A stretch of 64,000 nucleotides of DNA from Callorhinchus milii (lineage: Eukaryota): assembly GCF_018977255.1 (NCBI RefSeq), contig NW_024704742.1, forward strand, positions 56,856,001 through 56,920,000. The letters run 5' to 3'. A program made the translations under genes and the position numbers. Shown here piece after piece: positions 40,036-51,592 of this stretch. Numbering within the stretch: the stretch's first letter is position 1; each line of letters starts with the position of its first letter. A model generated the notes under the pieces. That model had not been told where the DNA came from, did no database searches, and saw nothing but the letters and a program-made list of their open reading frames with translations.

Positions 40036-41246
40036 GTAAGTATTTGTTAAAGAGTAAGAAGGGTATTTTTGTGTGTTTGGGAGAGGTTTGCCTTTTGTTA
40101 TCTTTTTCTGCTATGTTTTATTCCTCCACTTCCTTTTTTCGCCATTTACTAGGATATGATTATTTGGGCCTTGGGAGACCTCTGGTGCCTTGACAATGTG
40201 TGAGCCTTGATAGTAAGGGTCATACAAAGGAACATAGGAATTGCTATATGAAAAAAGATCATGGACCATCTAATCCGCCTTCTACCATCATAACTCAAAG
40301 TGCACTGAGGTCAACTGTAGCAATCCAGTTGTAGCTTTAATGCAGATCAGCAAAGATTGGCTTTTGATTTTGCAACTTTCTGGTCTATATGATCGAGTGC
40401 TGCAACAGTCCACATAATAATAATAGTATTATTAAATATTAGGTAAAGAAAGGCTGAACCTTGCATATCAACAACTCTTACACTATCCCACAATAATGTC
40501 TAATTCAGAAATAAGTTGAAAATGACGTATGTTATTTTTGGCAATAAAATTCCAGTACTTTTTTAAAAATTGGCTGGTGCCAAAAGTAAAGCTACTTACA
40601 ATATATTCTGTGAAGCGCTTTGAGATGTCTCAACAACGTGATAAGGTGCTATATCAAATGCAAGGATTATTATTATAAAAGTGGTTTTAAAATAAAACAG
40701 TGTTCCACTACAGTCAAGCCTTTGGGACACTACCTGGGATGAGACGAGCTATATAAATACAAGTTGTTGTTTTTGGAGGACTTTGTGATGCAATAGTTGC
40801 ACTCACTCTCATTTTACCTTTGAATCCTGCATCTTGTAGCACTCCATTGACCAAGACAATAGATACCTCGTAAGTACAATGAGGCGTTTAACGAGCGTTT
40901 TTGGGGAAAGTGGCATCTCCAGCTGCAAAAGACCTCCTCGGGATGTAAAACCCTCCCAAATGTGAAACCTTCATCCATAAAATATTCACTTTACAATATT
41001 TTCTGTGAGACGTCTCAAAGACGTGATAAGGTGCTATATCAAGAGCAAGGATTATTGTTATTATTATTACTTGGCTCACTCTGGTTGCCTCAGAGCTGAG
41101 ATACTTCAGGTCAGCTTTTTCTCTGCAGTTTCCCCAACAAATGTTCCCCTCCCCCACTCTAAATTCTTAATATTAAAATAAAAGTTGCTTTTCAAACAAT
41201 GCTTCACTAATTTCCCACTAATTTTTGTGTATTCCTTTTCATACAG

Positions 41247-41442
41247 GGGAACAGTTGTCAAGGCCCGTGACAAGTATCGTCACCCCGAATGCTTTGTCTG
41301 CTCTGACTGTGATATGAACCTGAAGCAGAAGGGTTACTTTTTCGTAGAAGGGCAGCTGTATTGTGAAATCCACGCAAGAGCACGAACGAAACCACCAGAG
41401 GGATACAAAGCTATGCCGGTTTATCCCAACATGAAGGCTTAA
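41247..41442 (+). CDS. PDLIM3: PDLIM3 last coding exon (LIM domain, stop)
   Basis: atacag acceptor. [64 protein letters not shown] then TAA. Confidence 0.97.
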
Positions 41443-42593
41443 ATTTTCCAGAAAGATTGAAAAGAACGTAACTGATGGGATGCAGATACACATAAATTTA
41501 TTTCACCATAAAGATCCTATCTTGCCATTATCTTTCTGAATCTTACACAAATGCAGTAAACCCTTAAGTATAATTATGCTCCCTCCCCAAGATGCATTCA
41601 CAAAATGCGGCTTGCTGAATTAGCTATGGCAGATAGATTTGCACGTTGCAAACTTGCTAACTATCAAAAGTATTGTACAGCTGACAATTTGATACAGCAA
41701 ATTAAACAAGAACGTGCAGTAGCCTCATTACAGCACCAATGGGGCTAATTTACTGCCAAACCTTTGCAAAAAATTACACAGCAAATGCACATGACAGGAA
41801 CTGAGCACATATACTGATTTCTTCTTAACAGGTAGAGGTTATAATTTAAATGTACACATTGGTATTAAGTAATTGTACAAATACACACACACACATCACA
41901 TATTAATGGCATTGTAGCCATTAGAAGTTACCATCTGGTTACTTTGCTATTTTGTTACTTTACGTTTCACTGGATGAATTTTAAAATAGTCGCTAAATAT
42001 AATTATACAAGCGCTGAAAATTACAATTCAAATCCAACAAATCTTGGAATTTAAAACTCATTTCATTTAAATCCTCTTATAAATGAAACTCTTTGGCAGC
42101 AACAAAACAGGAGAACTGGAGCTCCGAGGTTCAAGTGGTGATGTTACATAGAGCTCAGCGAGGTAACCAGATGGTCTCACAGACTCTACCACTCAGCAAG
42201 CAGCTAAACTTGTCTGATGCAAGATAACACACAAAATCACCCTAGTAAAATGGCCTATCTTTATTCCAATCCTTGTGGGCTTGCTACTGAAATTAAAAAT
42301 GACCACACACTGTTGCTATTTCTGACACTTCCATTTGATTTAATTATTCACTGTTTCAGCATTTTAACACCACTAACTGTCACCATTTGATTGCAGTATA
42401 GAAGTATATTCACTGTAGAGTTGGAGTTGATATGGATGCAGCTAAATACAGACACCGACTGTTGCCATATTTGTTTGACACTCCTGAAGTTTTGCTCTGT
42501 TTCTTACCAGGATGTGCTTGAACAGTCTTATAAAGGGTGACTATCTTATTGGGTATCATTGACGATAATGTGCAGTTGCTTTGGCATCATTGA

Positions 42594-42696
42594 AATAAAA
42601 ACATTTGATTCGAATTATATGCCTTTCTTTTTAAAGAATATGCAAAAAAGTGGTGTATTTTAAATATTTACACATCTATTATGCCGCTAAAATAAA
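42594..42696 (+). terminator. Candidate PDLIM3 polyadenylation signals (AATAAA at 42594 and 42691)
   Basis: Two AATAAA about 1.2 kb after the stop. The distal one is followed by a GT-rich tract (gtttgacgtgttgcttgtgttt), and repeats begin shortly after. Confidence 0.55.
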
Positions 42697-43149
42697 TGGT
42701 GCAATGTTTGACGTGTTGCTTGTGTTTCCTTTCGTTAATACTGAAATAACTAAACAAGAATATAGCACCATTCACATCAGAAGGAAGTCTCAAAGCACAT
42801 TACACTTCACCTTGAATCTGGTCACTTAGTTTTTACGCACTATTTACACCCTCTTCCCCAAGATCAAGTTAGAGGACAGGTCACCTGTCGAACACTGATA
42901 TTTGTGTTTGCAATTAGAAAGGGATTTTACAGTAAAGTGTGGTGTCTAAATAATGTTACTGTCACATTGACTTGCAGCTCCCAATGGTGACTACTACTAC
43001 AACAACAATAAATTACATTTCTGTAGTACCTTTCATGTTGGGAGGACGTCTCGAAGATGCTGGACAGTCAACGATTTGCATCACTGGGCAGGTCAGCTGT
43101 TGAACTCCAAGACAAATCCGAAGTGGAATCCACCTCACTGAGCTGGTCA

Positions 43150-43850
43150 TGACATGGATGCCGTAATTTGGCCCTCAACTGTCCTTTCCACCCCACATCC
43201 ATGTCATGACCCGCTCTGCCTTCCCCCACTTCCGCAACATTGTCTGGCTCCGACACTGCCTCAACCCTCAGGTCGCCGAAATCCTCATTCATGCATTTAT
43301 CACATCAAGGCTCACCTTCCCAACTCTTCTCTCCACAAGTTGCAGATCATCCAGAACTTTGCAGCTCGAGTCCTCTCGCACCAGGCTCCGTGACCCTCTT
43401 ACCCGACCCTCTCTGACTCCACAGGTTCCCAACCCCCAGAGGATAGAGTTCAAAATCCTCGTCCTCACCTTTAAAGCCCTCTACGACCTTGCTCTCTCCT
43501 ACCTCTGCGATCTGCTAACCCCATATCAACCTGTCCGCTCCCTCCAATCAGCAGGCATCGGCCTGCTTCAAGTCCCCCGCTCTCCTGCCCCACCATCGGC
43601 AGTCTGGCCTTCAGTCTTTCTGCCCCAACCTTTCAATACTCCATCCCACAATCCCTTTGCCTTTCTCCCTTCCTTGCCTCTTTCAAGGCACATCTCAAGA
43701 CTACTCTCTTTGACCGCGCCCTAGCCACCCTGCTACCCCTACCCTCCCTGCCCTCCACCCTTCCTTATCCCAACCCCCTGCTTGGGTCCAAATCCTGACT
43801 GTCCAGCAATTTGGGACGTCCTCCTGACATGAATTTGTTATTGTTGTTAT
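43150..43850 (+). mobile_element. L2 LINE 3' fragment
   Basis: EILIHAFITSRL..RIEFKILVLTFKALYDLA, ending in gggacgtcctcctgacatgaa and (TTG)n. Confidence 0.9.
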
Positions 43851-44542
43851 AGAATGTAATTTGTTTTTGTTGGAAGGCTTACCAATAGTTGTTAGAGTTC
43901 GGGCAGTGAAGTGTGCTTACCCGGTCTCAGTTTTTCCGTGTCAGGCTATGCCATGTCAGTTGCAGTGTTTTCAATTGTTTTCTTTCCACCTGTGTATAGT
44001 TCTATGGTCCCCAGAATTCTCCAGTACCATAACCATTATCAGGTGTCCAGCTCGCCTCTGTTGTTAACACTCTTGCCTCTGAGTCAAAGGGTTGTGGGTT
44101 CAAATCCCATGTCAGGATTTTGAACACGTATAGTCTAGGATTATACGGTGCGCTGCATTGTTGGAGGTGCTGTACTTCTGATGAGAAATTAAGGTTTCAT
44201 CTGCCTATTGAATTGAATGTTAAAGATCCCACGGCACTATTTTGAAAACAGACAGGAATAACATGGCCAACTATTCCCCAGGTAAAATTGATCATTCATT
44301 TTATAGGTAGCTCCTCAGAAATAAACAAATTGCAGATTAAATCAGAGGCACCTTTAAAAAAGACTATGTATCCTCACTAAAATGATCAGCTTTCACCAGT
44401 TACGTAGATTTCCAATTTAACGGCTCATTTAGACATGTCCTACTTGTCATCCCATTGGTGAACAATAATAGCTCTTTACTGATAGAGTAGCTGGGCCTCG
44501 GTCAGCTCAGTACAATTTTACTTTTGCTTTCCCTGGCAAAAG

Positions 44543-45320
44543 CGAGCCAACTTTCTTCAGCTGAACGTCAGCAAGAATAAAGTCCTCCTGATTGGCTCTC
44601 GCTAGTGCCTCCACACCTCAGGCTCCGGCAGCATTAGCATCCACAGATACACACTCCACCTCACCAAGCCAGTCAGGAACCTAGGTGTCTTGTTCGACCC
44701 TCAACTGTCCATTTTCCCCCATATCCATGCCATTCCGCTCTGCCTTCCCCCCCCCCCCCACCCACCCCTCCGCAACATTGCCCAACTCTGCTGCTGCCTC
44801 ACCCCTCAGGCCACCGAAACCCTCAAACACGTATTCGTCACCTCAAGGCTCAACTACGGAAACTCCCTCCTTGTCGGCTTCCCCAACTCTTCCCTCCACA
44901 AGCCGCAGATCATCCAGAACTCTGCAGCTCATGTCCTCTCCCGCACCAGGCATCCAGGAGTTGATGTCTGACAGACAGTCTGTCAGGGAATAAGTTGTCC
45001 TGGAATCGAGGGTGGAGGCAGAGAGAGAGTTGGGTGTCACCCGCGTGCGTACATGTGGAAGTGGATCCCATGTCTGCGGATGATGTCACCAAAATTGTAG
45101 ACCTTGGCATGTAGAGGTTGAAGAGGAGGGGACCAAGGACAGAGCCCTGAGGAATGCCACACGAGACTGGGCGGAGGCTGGAAGAGAAACTATTGGTGAA
45201 GACAAATTGGGAGATGGTGTGGGAGATAAAACCTGAACCATTCAAGGTCAGAACCTTGAAAGTTGAAGTGAGAGAAGGATGGAGGAGGATGGAGTGGTCC
45301 ACGATATCAAGGATCATTCC
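44543..45320. mobile_element. L2 LINE RT fragment with internal inversion
   Basis: - strand 45320 to 44950 reads DIVDHSILL..GIPQGSVLGPLLFNLYM..CLSDINSWM. + strand 44543 to 44950 reads ANFLQLN..FDPQLS..SRLNYGNSLL..QNSAAHVLSRTR. Confidence 0.88.
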
Positions 45321-45335
45321 ATACTGGATGTTTTG

Positions 45336-45664
45336 ATAATAATAATAATAATAATCCTTGCATTTGATATAGCGCTTTTCACGTCGGGAGGACGTCCCAA
45401 AGCGCTTCACAGAACACACTGTAAAGTGAATTGACTGTATATTTGTGGGCGAACGCGGCAGCCAATTGCGCACAGCAATGTCCCACAAACAGTCGTAGAT
45501 TGAAAATGACCAATTTAATTATTGTTTTTGGTTTTTTGGAGGGATTATTATTAGGCTCTGTGTGGAGTAAGGAAACTTGCCCAAGGTTTCGCCCTGTGCC
45601 TGGAATTGAACTCAGGTCTCTCACTTGCAAAGCGAGTGCTCTAACCACTGAGCTACAGGACTCC
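45336..45664 (-). mobile_element. Full-length young tRNA-derived SINE
   Basis: Reverse-complement near-identical to the 25552 and 38820 copies. Confidence 0.95.
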
Positions 45665-45808
45665 TGATATATGAACTCTGGATAATATTAAACAAAAAAA
45701 CTTAGAAGCCACTTTAGGACTTAAAATTTACACAATAAAAACTCTTGCTTCAACTGTTTTTTTAAAAAAACATTGTTTAAGGAACAAATCACCTGCTGAG
45801 ATGGGTGT

Positions 45809-45826
45809 GCTGCCACCTAGTGGGCA
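45809..45826 (-). promoter_or_regulatory. CTCF-binding motif (intergenic)
   Basis: Reverse complement TGCCCACTAGGTGGCAGC fits the CTCF core. Confidence 0.6.
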
Positions 45827-46084
45827 GTGGTTTACACAGCAATAGTTTGAAATGTTGCAGCATTTACTCCATTATCCCCTTCTCAATATATCAGAAGAAC
45901 GCACAAGTCCCCTACATTTTAGAAACTTCTACAGTTTTAAAATATTCTAATGCATTTCAGTAATGCAATTCTTATATAGATTCACAAATCCAAAGCACTC
46001 ATTCAGTGGTTAAAAGCAGATTTGAAGAAATAAATTCCCTTTTTTCAACTTGGCTCCCATCATTTATCACACAAATCCAACCAC

Positions 46085-46450
46085 TACAACAATAACTTGC
46101 ACTTATATAGCAGCCTTCATGCGGGGCAGAGTTTCTGAGCTCTTGACAGTGGCTGAGCCTGACATAGAGCCGGGGTGCGGGGGGGTAAACCGGGTGAAAG
46201 AGGAAGGTCTTGAAGCGGCAATGAAAATGGAGGAGGAAGGGGCAAGGTGGAGGTATTGAGGGAGAGTTTCAAAGATTCGAGTCATAGTGGCTGAAAACAC
46301 GGCCACCGATAGTGGAACAGAGGGAATGAGGGACAAGCAGGAGGCTGGAGCTGGCTGAGCAGAAGCAGCGGGTAGTGGAGTGAGGAGTAAGCAGGTCTGA
46401 TAGGTAAGGAGGTATCAGGTCATGAAAGAATTTGTAGACAAGCACGGCAT
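46085..46450 (-). mobile_element. L2 LINE 3' fragment
   Basis: Purine-rich on +, with an L2-type tail (aacaataacttgcacttatatagc) similar to the 36610 and 57950 copies. Confidence 0.7.
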
Positions 46451-46790
46451 CCCGGACAACAGAAATTGCCTATAAATGTGTATGTAAATTCTAGGTCTAA
46501 TTGTACATTGGAATATTTTATAGAGATCAAATGTTTCACATATGTGTACATTGAATTTGATTGTAATTTAGTGAGGATACATGGTCAATTAGAAGACCCT
46601 GTCTGCCCTCACCTTCCCTTCCTGCCCTTCCCGGAGTCCTGATCAAAGCTGAACGCCAGTGTATTTGATGTTGGTACTGGACCTCAGAACTAGTTATATG
46701 CCTATTTGGGCTCCCAGGGTTATTTTTGTTTTTTATTTTATATATTGTTAAAAAAAAACTTTTGAGTTTGCATTTGCACTGAGAAATACA

Positions 46791-46967
46791 AGGCTCAATG
46801 TTGCAGTATTTTGTAACGGGATGTTTTTCACTTATTTTTTACGGGAAAGCTACAGCTTTTAGAATGGAATTGCTTTGAATCAGCTAGACATGAGTGACAT
46901 GATTCCCGTTAGGAGATATCCCTCTTATTAGCAAAATCCCATTAAGAAATATTGCAAAATTGATCCT
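46791..46967. mobile_element. Candidate MITE with about 31-bp imperfect terminal inverted repeats
   Basis: aggctcaatgttgcagtattt versus the reverse complement of 46947-46967 (aggatcaattttgcaatattt): 18/21 identical, extending inward to ..ggga. Confidence 0.55.
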
Positions 46968-48116
46968 ACTTCTAGTTTAATTTCCTTTTAACTATAATTT
47001 ATTAAAGTAATTGGTATTTTGTAAACAGTATCTGACTTTCTCATTACCTTTGAGGAATGCAGCATTGCCAATACAATGTGATAGCAGGAATAGAATCTAG
47101 CATATTACTAGCCTATACATGTAATATGATTGATGTAGTGCCTTTTACATCAGGAAGATTTCTCAAAGTGCTTCACAGGATATATTGTAAAGTGGAGTGA
47201 CTGTGTATTTTGTGGGTGAATACAGCACTAAATTTACACATAGCATGACAGAATAAGCTCAAGGGCCTGAATAGCCTACTCTGTTTTCATATTTCTATAG
47301 CAATGTCCCACAAACATCCATGAAATGAATTATCAATTTTATTTCCAAATGAGCCAAGCTGACACTAGAACAGTCAATCATTCTTTAGCCTGTTTTCTCA
47401 ATATTATGTCCAGTTTACATACTTTAACAAGTATACTAAAATGATGTCAGACTGTTAATATACAAAACATTAACTCAATGGATTTCATGGCGGATTTATA
47501 TGTTGTTTGATGCCTTATATGTTTTAAGTTTACCAATGTTAATGCACATTTTCAAACTTCTCCATTTGTTTGCGATATTTCTGCTATAACCTAGAGCTGT
47601 AATTCAGATAGCCTTCAAATTAGCTGCATCTCATTTCAGTAAGCCAGCCCTGTTTGTAACTGCTGGTGAGCATGACAATACTCTGGTAAGTAGAGCCTTA
47701 AAATCAGAACCAAAGCTGCTAGAACTGAGGTCAGGAAGCATTTCTTCATAGGTGTTCTGAAGATGTAGCATTTGCAGCCTCAGAAAGTTCTTGAAGCACA
47801 ATCACGAATTTCTCTCTCACTTGCTACTGCACACCCTCTTTGCTACATTAGATTTCAGAAGAATAATGTATGGAGTGCTACACTGCCTAAAGGAGAAATG
47901 GCTACTGGTTTAAATGCTGCAGATTTAAATAAAGAGAAAGGATTCAAAGATGCTCAGAACCACAATGGTCATTATATATTGATAATTTATTTATAAATCC
48001 GTTATTTACACAACAAAAATTACATAGGTCTGGCTCAGGATCTGAGCATGTTTCCTATTTCTATGGTTAAAAGAGTGGATTAAAATAATAAAGATTAAGA
48101 TGATTTGCAGTGATGT

Positions 48117-48122
48117 TTTATT
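48117..48122 (-). terminator. CFAP96 polyadenylation signal AATAAA
   Basis: tttatt on + about 40 nt past the stop codon. Confidence 0.6.
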
Positions 48123-48163
48123 ATACAGGGCTTTCCATCGGTCAGCAGCTATCCACCCAATCT

Positions 48164-48215
48164 TTAGTATGCCATTACTCGATGGATCATCTTGTAATTT
48201 GTGCAGTTTATGGAC
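48164..48215 (-). CDS. CFAP96: CFAP96 last coding exon
   Basis: tttttttgtag acceptor. (R)SINCTNYKMIHRVMAY then TAA, resembling the mammalian C-terminus RALNSKNYKT...SY. Total spliced CDS is 903 nt. Confidence 0.88.
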
Positions 48216-48987
48216 CTACAAAAAAATAGAAGTTTTAGTGAATTGCAAAATTCTTATACACCGTAATAATCTTGCCTCTGAACTGTTTAACTGTTCCTCT
48301 GAATTTCAAGTCATTGTTTTTAAGGTTGTTTCTTGAAAAGTCAACTGAGGGTCAGATTAAATTGTTCAATCAAAAATATGCAGTCAATTCACTTTACAGT
48401 ATATTCTGTGAAGCGCTTTGAGACATCTCAAAGACGTGAAAAAGCGCTGTATCAAATGCAAAGATTATTATTATGCTTATTGGATACATGTTTTATCTCC
48501 GATGATCTGCACCTTTAAGGTGTGCAAAAGACACAGGAGGCTATTTCTCATCATACGCTGACTCTTTGAAAGAGTGTTCCGGAATAATTATCAAGCAAAT
48601 CCAAAGAAAGTTTGTTTGCGCCAGGCAAAAGGTGAAGGAAGACACTTCTTCATTTTACTGCTCTTAGCTAGACAGTGGCATTTTTCTTATTTTTAGTCCG
48701 TTACCAATGTTTTCTCAAAGTGAAAAGACGGTCATCCTGTCAGTCTGAGAGGAGCTGAACTGTGGCATCAAATGTGAAAGTAACTATGCTGCCAAGAGCC
48801 ATTTAAAGAACCTTTTTAATTGAGGCTATAGAAACTAAATGTGAGAAGCACTTGAAATTGTTTTTCAAAACGTAATTGATTTCTTTAGCAGCTGCAATTT
48901 TGCCTTTCTTTCTTTCCGCACTTTTATTTTCTTATTTGCCAGACATGGGTTTATTGCAAATTAGCTGAAGTGGGAGCCATTCTTTAC

Positions 48988-49148
48988 CTGATAACATTGG
49001 TCCTGAGGATACTTTGAATCGGTCTGCTTTTTGTTCCAGGATTGGGTCGGAAAATCGCTTTCGTTTCTGGGGCAGATTTGAGCTTTCTACTAAGGCTACT
49101 GAAATAAGATGGGTAAGGATCAAATGTGCCTGCCTTCATGCCACCATC
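48988..49148 (-). CDS. CFAP96: CFAP96 coding exon 6
   Basis: ttcag acceptor. DGGMKAGTFDPYPSYFSSLSRKLKSAPETKAIFRPNPGTKSRPIQSILRTNVI(R). AG|gtaaag donor. Confidence 0.93.
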
Positions 49149-49825
49149 CTGAAATAGAGACAAATAAAACATGAACTTCGCACACATGTACAAGAGAAAA
49201 ATAACTGGTTTACGATCAACTATAAATTCCTCCCTGCCTGAACACATTTGAGTAACAACAACAACTTGCATTTATATAGCACCCTTCACGCAGGGTAGCG
49301 ACTCAGAGTAAATAGTCTGCCAGCATTTACTGTGAAGGCTCATAGATGAATAATGATCATGTGGGTCAAATAACAAAAGCATTCAATGCCAGTAGAACTG
49401 TACCCATTAGAGAGATGAAACATTAGAAAAATTAAAGCAGTCCATTGCCTTCCAGGGAAGTGGAGGTTGAAGACAATTGGAGAACATTAAAACTGAAATT
49501 TCATTACTCTTAAGTGAAATTCTCTCCTTTCTACAGATGCTAAAAAGAGAACATGTTTTAGAAAGGTGTTATTGTCCACATATTGAAGTAAGATAACACC
49601 TATGAATGAGGATAGGAAACAATAAACATTACAAATCCAGGTACCTGATAAATACCTTAGTGGGCCAAACTACTTTTATCCCAGTTAGAATTGTTTTTTA
49701 TTTGACATTTTGAATGTGATGCATATACAAACTTTGATGCAAATTCTAAAGTATGTAAGGATGCAAAAACCCATATTTAAGAGTACAACGAGGCAATAAA
49801 TTATACTGTGAGTGCTTATACATAC

Positions 49826-49990
49826 CCTCTTTGGAAGAGAAGATGGTTTAAAAGGTGTTTCAATAGCCTTTCCAGGGGCACTCTTTGCTTTTATTGGCGG
49901 TAAAGGTTTTGTGAGCTTGTAGGGATTATTGTCAAAATAATCTTGAGGGTAGTTGCTTACTTGAAATGGTCCTCCAATAAATTTTTCTAC
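49826..49990 (-). CDS. CFAP96: CFAP96 coding exon 5
   Basis: ttcag acceptor. VEKFIGGPFQVSNYPQDYFDNNPYKLTKPLPPIKAKSAPGKAIETPFKPSSLPKR. gtatgt donor. Confidence 0.93.
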
Positions 49991-50204
49991 CTGAAGAAAT
50001 ACAGTATTAGACCAATCAAATGAATCACACAATAGGAGTCTACCTTGCACAATTTATTTTGTCAGTGTTTGCTCCTCCTAAAAGCCATCCATCTAATACC
50101 AATTCCCTGATCTTTCCCTTTATTCTCTGTTACCCTTCCTCTGCAAGTGCTTGATGAAATGCGGCCAAATTACTGCGGTAATTAATTTGAAGAGATGGTA
50201 TAGG

Positions 50205-50396
50205 CAGGTAAATGGCTAGTTACAAAACAATGCAGGCAGTTTAGAGTTCAGATATAAAACAGTGCATATAGTTTGGATATAAAGAAGTACATACAGGTTA
50301 GAGATTAGATATAAAGCAGAACAGAGAAGTTAGATATAAGGTATAAAACAGACAGGGTTAGAGTTCACATATAAAAGAACAAACAGGTTACAGTTC
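50205..50396. repeat. Degenerate minisatellite of about 30-35 bp (acaggttagagttcagatataaaacag-like)
   Basis: Recurring ttagag..gatataaa..cag blocks. Confidence 0.7.
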
Positions 50397-50828
50397 TTCA
50401 CAATGGTATAATCAACAGTGACATAATATATTCAATTAGAAATATGTATATTAATGTATATTTCATGCAAGACACCCACACCATAATAAAACGGCCTATA
50501 GGATAACTAACTAATGAATATTTTAGAATACAGATAATTCAAGATCTTTTAAGGCATCCTTCTCAGCTCCCACCAAAGTCCCCTCACTTCCAGCTCTGAT
50601 CTCCTTAACTTCCTCGCCTCTCACTCAAACACACCAAACTAGTGTGCAACTTTGGCGTTTTCTTCAATTCTCAGCTCTCCTTGGCGTTCAAGTAATCTAT
50701 TGTTCTCAGAATGCCTTTATTTTGTCCTGGAAATTCTATCGCCACATTGGGAAGGCCTTCTGCGTTTTCCTCTGTAAATCCGTATACATAAAATGAATGT
50801 TAAGATATCTGCTACCCCTTGGCCATAC

Positions 50829-50898
50829 CTTCTTTGATTTTACGATATAGGGATCTGGAGCATGGCCATAGTCCTTTCCTATGGTAATATTAGTGTAC
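50829..50898 (-). CDS. CFAP96: CFAP96 coding exon 4
   Basis: cacag acceptor. YTNITIGKDYGHAPDPYIVKSKK. AAG|gtatgg donor. Confidence 0.9.
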
Positions 50899-51273
50899 CT
50901 GTGAAAACATTTCAAAACATTACAGTCTGCTTCAGATAACCGTAACTCACATCTTAGTCCATAATGATCCCAAGAAGTAGTTAGTCTTCCCATGTTAAGA
51001 TTAGCATAACTGAGATTACAAGGTCTAAATTCCATGCAATTCTGCATCAACAAAATTATACAAAAGTAATCGAATTTGAAAACTTCAAAATGTATTTTGT
51101 TAAAACACATAACAGAATCCTTTTTTTTGCCATACAACAACAAAATGTTACTTCTGTCCATTCAAGATCTACCTCTTTGATATCACCTGAAGTAGGTGTG
51201 GGGGGTGGGAGGGAATGCAAAATGCAAAATTCTGACCATTTAGCATGTATTTTCCTTCCACTCCAGTATTTGT

Positions 51274-51592
51274 GGAGCCCTGTAGCTCAGTGGTTAGAGC
51301 ACTCGCCTTGCAAGCGAGACACCTGGGTTCAATTCCAGGCAGGGCGAAACCTTGGGCAAGTTTCCTTACTCCACACGCCTAATAATAATCCCTCCAAAAC
51401 AACAAAACAATGATAAATTGGTCATTTTCAATCCACGACTGTTTGTGGGACACTGCTGTGCACTATTGGCTGCCGCGTTTCGCCCACAAATATACAGTCA
51501 ATTTACTTTACAGTATATTCTGTGAAGCGCTTTGAGATGTTTAGAAGACGTGAAAAGCACTATATCAAATGCAAGGATTATTATTATTATTA
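51274..51592 (+). mobile_element. Full-length tRNA-derived SINE
   Basis: ggagccctgtagctcagtggttagagc head and (TTA)n tail. Confidence 0.95.

Noticed and set aside
48984..48987. CFAP96 terminating at the TAA right after ..TNVIR
   Set aside because: The TAA is part of an AG|GTAAAG donor, and a homologous in-phase terminal exon with a poly(A) signal exists at 48164-48215.
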